Below, piece by piece: positions 49,294 to 60,784 of a stretch of 64,000 nucleotides of DNA (position 1 is its first letter; each line of letters opens with the position of its first letter). The translations under genes were made by a program, and so were the position numbers. The notes under the pieces are model-generated. The model saw only the letters and a program-made list of their open reading frames with translations. It was not told the origin of the DNA and ran no database searches. Source of the DNA: Trichosphaerium sp. ATCC 40318 (Eukaryota; Protista; Tubulinea); contig JALMLS010000070.1 of the NCBI GenBank assembly GCA_038496445.1, forward strand, positions 62,001-126,000. The letters are read 5' to 3'.

Positions 49294-52200
49294 ATGCAAA
49301 GGCCTAAGGAAAGACTATCAATAGAAACACTCTTAGAGTCTGTAGCCGATGCTATATCTGCTTTGGTTATCTTCGCCTCTGAAGCTCATCTCAATGAGAA
49401 GATTATGACTAATCTCGTTAACGGCTCCAAGATGGTTAAAGGAGCTACAGATTACCTCATTCAGGAAGCTCTTAAAACCGTAGCACTATGGAGAAAGATT
49501 GGATCGGCTGTTATGGCAGATCAGATGCAAGAGTGCTGTGATGGTATTAGAGATAGCGTTAACGATGTCGTGAGTGCTTGTAATTCGCTTTCAAGAAACA
49601 ATTACGATAAGAATGCGAAACAGCTCATTCTGGACGCTGGTAAAGGTAGGTAGTATGCTGTGCGAAGCTCGGAATGCAAATTCTTTCATCACGTGATAAA
49701 AGAGACTTGAAACAGTTTTTTTTTTCTGTTTATCAAAATAACGTTATTTTTTAGAGATAATGAGACATATGGTTAGGCTGTTGCAGCTAAACGATCTATA
49801 TGAGGTTACATTAATATTAAAGCATTGCCAAATGTCAAAAACTAAATTAGAGGCACGTGACTATGCTCTAAAAAGAGAAAGGAGAGCATTCATTTTCTTT
49901 TTTCTGTTTATTCAGTTTTTTTGCAGTTGCGCTAGAAACTGTGTACACTTTTATTTTTTTGTAACTCCTTTGCTTACGCTCTCATAGAGTTATAGTTCAC
50001 CTACATTCGCAGAGGATGAGTTTAAAGCATCAACTGATTATGCGTTGGACCTAGTTGATTACCGGCTTGAAAATGTTCATGAGCCGAAGGTACTATCATT
50101 TTTTTTATCTGTCTGAAGGTTAAAAATCCGTTATAGGCTAAAGGGATGATGTTCGAAGCAGCTAAGGATATAAAACAATTAGCACCACAATTCACAGCGC
50201 TTTGCGAGCGTGTTACAATACGCAAGGTACAAGCAAACGAGAAAAACCAAGGTCAAGACTAATACCTAAATAGGATCGGAGTGCTGTTTCCCAGAGGGAT
50301 GCTCTAGTTCCTAGAATACAAGATGCGATATATAGACTAGCAGAAGGTGTAAGAGAGAGTGCTAAATCTCCATTTGATTTAAGCTTATTGGATCACGAAA
50401 TGGGCGCTATGATAATTAATCCACAAGATAGAGTTCAGGTCATGTACGGTTTTTGTGCCTTTGGAAGTCGGCAGAGTTTGTTTCTAATGCTTTGAATTTA
50501 AAGGGAAGTACCACGTTTGATGAATTGTTTGAAAGATGCTATACGTGCAGGTGAACTAGGTGACGTAGATCAACTTGTTAAGGCGATAAGAAATGAAATT
50601 GAGGATCAATTGTACGCTTATGTTAAAACTTCTCCTTAAGAGCATTTGTCGTATTAAACGCACGTGATTTTTATTATTTTACTCATCTTGTATCCAAGGG
50701 ATGCTGCTGAAGACGCATTAAAAGGAATCAAAGATCCAAATCTGAGGAAAAAGCTCCAAGATGCAATAGACAATTTGCGTGACAAGTTGGGTAACATGAT
50801 AGATAAGCTTGGTGATGCTTCACGTGCAGCTGCAAGGAGAAGAGATCCTTCAGCAATACAAGGACTATTAGATGAACTTGGAAAAGAACAGTACGTCACA
50901 AACTTTATGTTTTTTGAAAATTGGTTAACAGTTTTTTCTTTAAGTGCGAAGGTAGTTCAAGGGATTGCTCGAGATCAACTACTTCAAGCTGCAGCTAATA
51001 TGGATGATTTATTGGATGAATTACCACCAGCTGTAAATAAGAAAGATAGACCACAAGTGGCGCAGATAAACGATGAAATAAAAGATAATGCAGATCAACT
51101 TGTTGATCTGGCAAATACATTAATTCCTGTTATTGATGACGACCCATTTCGTGCTGGGAGGCTTCAAGATGCTTCTGATTATGTTAGAGGTATGAAAATG
51201 AATATATTTGAGTACTCAACTGTGTTTAGCTGCACCTGATGAACTCAGAGAAGCTGCAGAAAACTGCATGAGAAGGGTATTTTTTTTCTTGGCTTTCACA
51301 TAGGTTTTGTTTGTACTTATATACTGCTATTAGCCTGGTGATTCTGATGCTAGAAAGAGATTACAAGATGCCATAGATAGACTAAGAGATAAATTGGGGA
51401 ATCTAGTAAATGCCAGTGAGAAAACAACACCGCAAGAAATCTTGGCAAATGCAGCTAACATTGATGATAAAATTAATAAACTTCGACCAGAAGTTGCACA
51501 ACGTGTTATGAATAAACCAAAAGTGACTCAAGGTACGATTGTGTATATAGATAACTTGTATATTAATTATCTCATAAAAAGGTGTAAGAGATGTTGTGAA
51601 CGCAGTAAAACCTCAAGTCGAACTAGCAAATCAATGGGGAAATAAACAAGATCCAAACACTAGACGTGTTATGGGAGATGCAGCCAAAAACTTGAAAGGT
51701 ATAACTTTATTACTGTTTGTATATACTCTAAGATAAGTATTATAGACTCTACTGCTCAACTTATGGCCGCTACGAAGCAAGCCTTGGGACCGTCAGGAGC
51801 CGTAAGTCTCTTTTCTTTACTTTTTTTTTGGTCTTTTATTAATAGTTTGCTTTTAGCAACGTGGTGACGCTCAAAAAAATATGAAGCGAGCTTTGGATGC
51901 AGTGGCAGCTGCTAATAAAGCTTTGGCTGACGCAGCTATTTCATCTCCTGATGCAGAAATGGAAGCAATAAACGGAAGAGTGAAGGAAGATGTACAACGT
52001 CTCAGAGATGCGATCAAAGCTGGTGACCTAAACGCACGTGATTTTCCTTACTCCTTTTTTTCTACCCTACATCTATATGCTCGCTTTCTTATTATAAGGG
52101 TAGGATATTGCCAATGCACTACAGAACCTCAATGATGATACCAACGCTCAAGCAATACTCGCAAGTCTTATTGCTGAAGGTATTGATGATCCAGAGCTAC

Positions 52201-53702
52201 GTAGAACACTCCTAGAGCTAGCAGAGCAATTGAACAGAGGTACAACTTTCTTCTTGCTCCTCGCTTTGGATTATTTTTGTTGAGCTAAAGACCTTTTGTT
52301 TAGACTTGATACACGGATTACTCCCTGCTATAAAGGCTGCCTTGTCTGATGAAGATAGACGTGCAATTGCTGATCTTGATAAACTACTTGACGAGATTGA
52401 GTGGGCTTCAGATCAACTCGTTAATGCGACAGATGAAGTTGCTGCTGAGGATAAACTAGCTGGGTCTGCTAAAACGCTGAACAGAATTCTTGATAGACTT
52501 TTGAATGATGTTGAAGATTATAATGTTCAAGCAACAGCAAGTGGCTTGAAAGACTTGTTGAATTACGGAAGAAAGCATAAGGCATTGATGAATGCGATCG
52601 CAAATAACAGCGAACACGATCCAGCAGGTGAGTCATCGTTTTTCTTCTTTCACTTTTTTCAGAAACACAAAAGTTGACCTTTGCTTGTGTTGCTCTAGAC
52701 GAAGTGGTTTTGTTTGACGTTTTATTTTAGCTGCTGAACGTATGCGCCAAAAGGCAAAGGTTTTTGATGATATGTATAAAAAACTAGTCGGTGATGTAAA
52801 GAGGAGGTTAGCTGATAAAGATGATAAAGGAGCATTGGAAGAAGTAAGGACTGATATCAGAAGGTTCAAGAACCTCATAAACGAAACTGATGCTATGGGT
52901 AAAGCAATGAAAGATTCAAGAAAAGCATGGGAAGATCGTCAAGAAGAAGAAGCAAGGTAATACTAAGCAGTATGTTCATTCCAGCTAAGTTAATTATTTA
53001 GGTTGAAACGCGAAAGACTTGAAAGAGAAATGGCTAATAAGGACCAGATTTATCGTGCAGGAGCTCAAATTGAAGGTGACATGGCTCGATGGAGAGAAGA
53101 TGGTACACCAGCAGGAAGACTTGTTGGATTAGCGAATAAGATAGCGATGCTCATGAAAGAACTTTCAGAGGTAAATTTTTTGACTTCTTTTTTTTATGGT
53201 TGTTTCTTTTTAGTCACGTGGGATATTTGGGTTAATTTTTCGTTTTTATTAGGTATCTAAGAGTGGATCTACAAAGGAGATTATCATGAAAGCGAGAGAA
53301 ATTGCAGATATGGTAAAAGACGTACGTCGGACACCAAACTTGGTTCAAACTTGTTTCTCGCTTCGAGTTGATCCTCGTGTTGTGTTATTTATTTACTTTG
53401 TTTAGGTTCAAAAAGCTGCAAATGATGCTTCTGCGCAATGTAGGAACAAGAAAGCTGGAGCTACAATTTCCGATAATGCCTCTGTGTCTAACAATCACTC
53501 TATTCAACTAAAAATTTTGGCTGCTGTGAAGGTACAATCTATTTAAAGATATCTTTTTTGTCTTGTTAATATCTGTTCTTTTCAGGCTGCCTCAAATACT
53601 ACAGAAGACAAAGCATTGATAAAATGTTGTAAAGGATTAGCTAGATCTGTAGTCGATTGTGTAGAAGCATGTCAAATGGCACAACTGAAGAAGTACATGT
53701 AA
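49294..53702 (+). CDS. Vinculin/alpha-catenin family protein, multi-exon
   Basis: The head begins SIETLLESVADAISALVI and is followed by helical-bundle repeats. The tail reads IIMKAREIA..QCRNK..SIQLKILAAVKA. Confidence 0.85.
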
Positions 53703-54050
53703 TGGTGACACCTTTTTTATTAAATCAATAAACGTCCTTAGTGGACATAACATGAAAGAGAATCATCAAATATCTTCTTTGATTTACTCTAGATTTATAA
53801 TAGAGAAAGAAATTAAGACTTCCAATAGCTTGATCAGTAAGCAAAGGCAATACAAGTGAAAAAGTCTTTGAAAACTGTTTATTTTGACTTCTGGTTAACG
53901 TACCTCCTCATCAGTCAACGTTGCTCCGTAGGTATGCAATATGAGCTATTAGACGTTGTCTTGTTTAAGTTGTTGGGAAGAATATTCTTTTACTTTTTGA
54001 TGCTTTTTCAACAACTTTTTTTTGTACATGTTGGTTAACGTTATTTTAGG

Positions 54051-54989
54051 ATGAGAAGCTCAACGAGGCCACTACTCCAAGAATTCAAGATCAGCAGAAG
54101 TATTGAAGCAATCTGCGATGACGTTCTGGTGATAATCGTAGATGCTTTGCTTTTTATGAAAGCAACAAGCGTTGTACACCTAGGAGCAACAAACAAAACA
54201 TTAAGAAAGCGTATTAAAACATACCATTACGCAGACGAATCAATATTACGTGATATGGCACTATTACAACTTCTGGGCGTAACAAAAGCCAATGCGATAC
54301 GTATAATGGACAATCTAAAACAAAAAACGTGTACATTCTTCGAAACAGGAGAAGACAAACAGGTTTATCCTTCGTTTTGGAACATGCTTATAAGGACAAG
54401 ATCAAACTTTTTTTACGCAATTGCTAATCCCGAAGAATCTCACGTGAACGATTATGATGTACAGCTTCCTAGTCACGTGTATTGTGATGGTTGTTCAAGT
54501 TCTGTTTGTTCATTTACAAAAGAGAATGTACGTTTTTGTAGCGCATGTGTTGTTAGTTGTACACCTGATGTAGCATGGAAGAGATTAACTTGTTCTGTTT
54601 GTTCTTCTGATACACGGAGTGCTTGTTTTAAATGGAATGATAGGGATTACTGCTCAAAATGTGTAACAACAAGAAGACCTTTGATTGGAGCTTCTCTTAC
54701 GCTTGCCTATGTTGAAGATGGTGCTTATGGTGTAAGACTTCCAGACGATAAGTATATTGCTTCTTGTAAGGACGAAGTGGTTGTTGCGGAAGCTGATGAG
54801 AGTTCTATTGAAAGTACTGATGAATATATTTATGGTAGATGGGAAGATAATAGACAGTATGAGATTGAAGAGAAGGACACTTTTGGAAACATACTTATAA
54901 AACTAGATGAGAAGAAAGGTTGTCTTTTTAATATTTATGCGTATGTCGGTTTAGGAGCTAACTACTATTGGTTTTATTGTGAAAACTGA
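54051..54989 (+). CDS. Intronless protein with an F-box-like N-terminus and CxxC-rich (Zn-binding-like) middle
   Basis: The N-terminus reads IEAICDDVLVIIVDALL..VHLGATNKTLRK. CxxC motifs are CDGC, CSAC, CSVC and CSKC. Confidence 0.55.
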   Translation: MRSSTRPLLQEFKISRSIEAICDDVLVIIVDALLFMKATSVVHLGATNKTLRKRIKTYHYADESILRDMALLQLLGVTKANAIRIMDNLKQKTCTFFETGEDKQVYPSFWNMLIRTRSNFFYAIANPEESHVNDYDVQLPSHVYCDGCSSSVCSFTKENVRFCSACVVSCTPDVAWKRLTCSVCSSDTRSACFKWNDRDYCSKCVTTRRPLIGASLTLAYVEDGAYGVRLPDDKYIASCKDEVVVAEADESSIESTDEYIYGRWEDNRQYEIEEKDTFGNILIKLDEKKGCLFNIYAYVGLGANYYWFYCEN

Positions 54990-56017
54990 TGTATGCATCG
55001 TATATCACTTGTTTTCTCATTCTTTGATCCCTTTACCGACAGTAGTATTGACACGAACGTTATACATTCTTTTAATGTACAAACGCAAATAAATCATTCA
55101 CCCACCACACTCTAGCGATGTTGAATGAATATGTTATTGCACGTGTACAAACACCACAACGTCCCATGAAAAACTTGTATTATTGTCGAGTACAATAAAT
55201 AGTCTTTGTTTTCATAACCCCTTCATACAGTTAAGAAAATACAGCCATATCTAGGTGTTTCATTTCGCATACTTCAAGGGAACGAAAGTAGAGTTCTAAT
55301 CCTCTTTTTTTCCTACATTTTTGGCAGTCTGTAGGTATGCATAGAAGTGTACTGTTAGAACTTGCAACATAACACATTACAGTATCCTTATATGTTACTT
55401 TACGTGGTAAGAGATACTCACGTGTTTGTATCATGAGTGTACCGGCTAGCTAAAAGTAAGTCAAACATAACTAAGCTACAACAACAAATGCGAAAAAAAC
55501 AAGAAACGAAACTGCTTCATTTATCTCATTTTTAAGCAGCTTCATTTTGGTCTCAACCGTTGTTTTGTTAACATCTCTATTTAGACGACAATTAACGGAA
55601 GAATTGTTGTAGCTGGCTAAGCCAAGACGTGACCGCGACTACACTATGTATATGTGTAATTTTTGATGGCAGGGAATCTGTTGTATCACAGTTACGCTAA
55701 TACGCTGTAACCGTGCCACATTATTTCATAAAATTACAGTGTTAGCGGTTTGTTTTGGCCATGGTAAATGTAAGATATCCCGTTATTGTTCATTTGTGCG
55801 ACAAAAGCATACTCAACATTTCTTAAAGATCTTCACGGCGTGTTTTTTTCTGGTGCCAACATTTAGCAACTTTCGGTGTAGCACTATGTGTATAAAGTGT
55901 ACGTTTTGGAAAACTACTGGAAGTTTATGGTGTTTGTGTTTACTACTCTAATACTAATTATTGACAGGTTTAGATTTTATAGAACCCCAATAAACGTTAC
56001 TCAAACCCATCGACAAG

Positions 56018-56090
56018 TCCCGGCTAGCTCAGTTGGTAGAGCGTACGGCTCTTAACCGTACGGTCGAGGGATCGAGACCCTCGTCGGGAG
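56018..56090 (+). tRNA. tRNA-Lys(CTT)
   Basis: The cloverleaf is complete: TCCCGGC/GTCGGGA acceptor, GCTC/GAGC D-stem, TACGG-CT CTT AA-CCGTA anticodon arm and GAGGG/CCCTC T-stem. A T6 terminator follows. Confidence 0.93.
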
Positions 56091-56096
56091 TTTTTT
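56091..56096 (+). terminator. RNA Pol III oligo-T terminator
   Basis: TTTTTT lies directly after the tRNA discriminator base. Confidence 0.8.
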
Positions 56097-56163
56097 CAAC
56101 TCAGTTAACTGAGTATGCAAAATAAATTTAATAAATACTTTTAATATAAATAAATATTTATTT

Positions 56164-56220
56164 GCTTCATCTCAGTTGGTTGAGCGCACGGCTCTCAACT
56201 ATGCAGTTGATGTATCCACA
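56164..56220 (+). pseudogene. Degenerate tRNA-Lys-derived sequence
   Basis: ctcagttggttgagcgcacggctctcaac matches the D arm and anticodon arm. The T arm is lost. Confidence 0.65.
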
Positions 56221-56559
56221 CTCATTTTTATTAACCGTTTGAGGGGTTCTAATGTGCCATCACGTGCAAAATCGAAAAGGCTAGTAGATGGAGCAGTGCT
56301 AGGGAAGAATACGTATTAGTGTTTGAAATAAAAGTTGTCCAATTTTTGTTTTGATTTGACAGCTGGGTTTTTTTGGAATTGACACTCAACAATTCAGCAA
56401 GCTCATTTCACCTTCTACTGCTTTAACGACCAAAAAGTGACACCTTGGTCATTTCTTTTTTACTAGCTATCATTCCCTACTATGGACATACTTGGTTTTT
56501 ATTTGCTTTACACCTACACAATATTTTACAAAAACTAATGAGACATTTAACTGCATTCA

Positions 56560-57455
56560 TTACAAGTTGTCATCTATGACATTAAAGGCATGATGGAAGT
56601 AGTCCATATCATCAATATATACAACTAGCTCATAAGATCCAGTAACAGATATGTTACAAGAAATAATAACATCACTACCCTCTCCTGTAACGACAGTAGA
56701 CAAGGTTTCTACAAACAAAAAAACTGAGCTTTGAACAAAATGAAAAAGGAAGAGCTTAGTTGTATATCGTACCTGGGCCGCCAGTGATACTAGCATTAAC
56801 ACGGAACGGTTGAAATGAAACTGGTTTATACATGGAATCCTTTGTTTCAATTGTGAAACGAGCTGTTTGGCCTAATGCCATCTGGGTGTTTTTGTTAGTT
56901 TCTTGAGGTTTGTGAGCAGTGAAAGAGAAATACTGTACTTTTTGAGGTCCTTTGATGTAATGCATGAGCTAGCAAGATGCGTCAGTATCCAAAAACGGCG
57001 AAGAATAAAATTAATTGGTAGTATTGAGCTTTCACGCTGCAATTAGCGCTTTTGTGGCGTTGTTTGCGTTTTGGACGTATGCTAGCGCCGCAAGTAAATA
57101 CGTACATTTCCTTGTGCTTCTGGTTGGTAACCACCTCTGGCGCCGCTAGGTGAGTGTGTGTTACCAGTTTGGCCATTCCCAGCGCGATTACTGAGAGCGT
57201 TGTTTAACTTGGCTCGATCTGCAGCTGTCAAACCGGCAAGAGGACCATTTAGCGTAGTGCGTTAACATAGCCGAATTCGGAAACCCATGCAATAAAACAA
57301 AATTCCTAACTCACCAGTTCCTTTTTGAACGCTATTTTGCGCATTCTTAGCGTCTGACGCTATGCGTTGTACACCTTATAATTCATTTAGAATAAAAATC
57401 TTCTAATAACCTTACGCAAAGCGTTCTGTATTTTAAAATCCATCAAATGAGCCAT
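56560..57455 (-). CDS. Small protein with a C-terminal filamin/ABP280-like Ig repeat, multi-exon
   Basis: The repeat reads ALGQTARFTIETKD..ASITGGPG..VTGSYELVVYI..FHHAFNV. Confidence 0.6.
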
Positions 57456-57783
57456 ATTTCTTGTCTAAACGATACTGCGCAACTGTAGTGTACTTGTTAT
57501 TACACAAAACTTAAAACGACAAGTTCAGTCACCATTCTCCTCAACAATCCTCGCATTATCAAAATAACCATACAAACATCTTAAATGTCAAATTCACGTG
57601 TTGCTGATCCAAAGAAGCTCAAAAGAGGGTCTTCAGCGTCAGATGTTAAAGATAAGAGGTTTCAAATGTTTACTCATATAGATACTGCGTCTAAATCGTA
57701 CGTAACGATATCTTTTGGAGAAAAAAAAAAAGAATTTGGAATTTATAACCAAAACGATTAGTTTTTCTGGCTTTACTGAGCGT

Positions 57784-59464
57784 ATGATGTACGGAGAGAA
57801 AATATCAGAGGACAGTGTCATTGACGACATCGTAAACGAGAAACCAAAGACTGCAGCAGACGGATTAGGTACCCTTATCCTCCCTTAGACAATTCTTGGG
57901 AACAGACTGTCGTTAACCATATATAATTCTGTAGGAAAAGGATTGCTGTCTCTTGGTCACAATTTAGTTAAAGGCGTTACTGGTATTGTGGTACACAAAT
58001 CTCATAGAAAAACATTTATTTATAATACACGTGGCTGAAGTGTTTTCTCTTTGTTAGGTTGAGCCTGTAAAAGGAGCAAAACATAGTGGTGGTGTAGGAT
58101 TTTTAAAGGGAGTTGCAGTTGGTTTAACAGGGTAAGCTCACGTGGTCATAGTAGCCACCCTTTTTTTTTCTTTTTTGAACGAACAGAAAAAAAATACCAG
58201 AATTCGTGTTGTGGAATTTCTATGCCTTCGTAAAAAATCAGCGCCTAAGGAAGGTAATTCTAGTGACTACGAACCTAGTTTCTATTGTTGGGAGTTTAGA
58301 TACATTCGTTATCAATGCATATGTTTTAAGTGACCAACAACGCACTTTTATTTCGAATATTTCAGAAAACCAGATGTCCTGATATTGTTGTTTTAGTGTT
58401 GTAACAAAGCCTGTTGTCGGTGTAGTTGATCTTGTCGCAAAAACATCTGAAGGCATTGCAAATACACCGCATACTATACACAACGCTTTGATGATTGCTA
58501 GAGAACCACCACAAGAAGGTAGTATTACTTTGTGTTTGTTTGATAAACGATTAACACAATGTCCTAGATAAAATAGCCCATTTCGGACAACCACTTTCTA
58601 GTTCTGTTCAGAAAGCAGACGATCAAGGAAAAATACACATTGCATTTGCTTGTTATAAACATATTAGAGAAAACGGTTTACAGTCGGTTGGTATTTTCAG
58701 GTTGGCTGCGAGCAAGAAAACGCTTTTAAAGTTGCGCGATCAAGTTGGTACGGTAAATGGCTTATCGTATCTTTCATTTACAAGTCTTTTTAGATTCAGG
58801 AGAGACATTAAAACTTGATCAGTATAATATGAACACGGTTGCTTGTCTGTACAAAGTATGTTTTTTTTTTTGTTTTCTTTTGCTATGCGCATTCTTATTT
58901 ATTGTGTAGCTTTATTTTGCTGAGCTTCCTGACTCTGTTATTCCATCATCTTCTTACTATGATCTACTACGAATGGCAGAACAGAAGAAACCAGAAAACG
59001 AAATAGTGATGCTCCTGAAACCGTTTGTTAAAAACTTAGAGGCTGTCAATCGAGTAAGTATTTTGTTTGGGTTTTACTTCGATTTTATGTGCTTACTTTT
59101 TATAGCACGTGCTTTTACAACTAATGGACGTATTATATGAAATTCATAAACAAAGCAAAGTAAATAAGATGGATGCCCATAACCTTTCAGTAGTATGGGT
59201 AAGTATAAGCTAAAACGTTTTTTTTTCTCGTTTTTTTCTTATTTTATTTTAAAGGTTCAAAATGTTCTAAAAGCTCCTCCTGCAACCCCTGACCAAGATG
59301 AAAACGCGTACCTCATGCAACTTCTACGAAATGCGCCAAAATTGGCAACTGTTATTAAAGTGATGATTGAACACTTTGAAGAAATATTTAGCATCACTGC
59401 TGAAGATCAAAGTGCTGGGAATGATGATGGTGAAATTTTAACTAATGATTGTCCGCTCGATTAA
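57784..59464 (+). CDS. VPS13/ATG2 C-terminal (ATG_C)-like Gly-rich helices fused to RhoGAP, multi-exon
   Basis: The ATG_C-like segment is GLLSLGHNLVKGVTGIVVEPVKGAKHSGGVGFLKGVAVGLTGVVTKPVVGVVDL..TSEGIAN. The RhoGAP motifs are GIFRLAAS, ELPDSVIP and NKMDAHNL. Confidence 0.8.
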
Positions 59465-59626
59465 AAAATAAGGTGTAAAATAAATAATAAGGTATAGGCA
59501 TTTCATAAAACCGTCGTGAACAAAACCCGAAAAAAACATTTGAATTTTTTTAGCTAAGTGGAGCTCCTTTGGTAAGAACTTAGCTAATCATAACAATGGT
59601 TTATTTAATGTGGTACAACGTTTTTG

Positions 59627-60280
59627 TTACACGATTGTGGCCTTCTCCAGTTCACCATCAAAATACCATCTCTTGTATTCTCCCTTTGGCTTACCATTTA
59701 CATAAAAACCCTTTTCCCATAATTGACCATTAACATGCCAAAGCTTATGCTCTTACACCATTCTCATAAGTGGTTTTTTCATACAAGATACCATTACGAT
59801 GCCACTGAGTCTTCAGACCCACTTGAGCACCATTTACAAAATAAGACAGCTCCAATAACTGTCCGTTCTCATGCCACTCAGTGTACTCACCTTCTCTCTT
59901 ACCATCTCGGTAATTATACTGAGAATACAATTCGCCGCTCTCATACCACTCCTGGTAGACTCCTTCATTTTTATTGTGGACAAAATAACAGAGGTTCCTT
60001 AAGACACCGTTGTCATGCCATAACTTAAACTCACCGTGTAGTTGACCGCGCATCCAAAACTCTTGACATACAATCATTGCTGTGAGTGTATTGTTTTCGT
60101 AGAATACCTTCCGTTGTAACCATTTGCCGTTTTTCTCGATGTTGCCGTCAAACCTTGTTGTTAGTGCCGTGTACTTTGATAAGACAGGCCATTTCAGGTA
60201 AACCTCGAAGTCTCTGTAGATTATTGCTATTTGAATCTCCATTGGGAGTAGTAGTAATGCGTTATTTGCAGGTATTAATG
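59627..60280 (-). CDS. F-box-like + MORN_2 repeat gene; ORF stops at 59745 and a frameshifted repeat tail runs to 59627
   Basis: The N-terminus reads LLLLPMEIQIAIIYRDFEVYLKWPVLSKYTALTTRFD. The out-of-frame tail reads WHVNGQLWEKGFYVNGKPKGEYKRWY. Confidence 0.75.
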
Positions 60281-60784
60281 AGCTAATCTAATTAATGTCT
60301 GCGTCAGAACACACGATACTAGAGACTACAAAACAAGCAAGTTTTAGAAACACGTAGATTGCGAATTGGTCAGCGTGCAAGAAGTAGATTGAGTGATTTT
60401 CTTTGGTAGAAAGGCTTTTTGTACAACAGGAGAGTTTTGTAGAATAAGAGGTTTTTTTAAAAGTGCATAGCCAAAGACTACGGAGAACATACAACACGGC
60501 TAACAGACAACAATGCAATTTATCAAATTACTCGTTTCATGCTTTGCTCTGTTAGCGCTATTTTGCATGCTATTGGTATGATGGTAGTCTTGGCAGTATA
60601 GCGTTGATCAAAGCAAAGCTCAACGAAAAGAATCAAAAGGGTTCATGTACCTCTTTAGAGTATCGAGCCATGATGTAAGAACAAACGGTCGGCGGACACT
60701 GTTTGTCAAGATTAAAGAAACAATCTTGCTAACGAAGTGAAGGACTTTAAGCCAGCCTTTTTGGCTTAATAAACATATTTTTAT

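Noticed and set aside
55231-55951. Possible minus-strand gene upstream of the tRNA
   Set aside because: Splice-like signals exist, but I could not build a consistent frame or recognise a motif.
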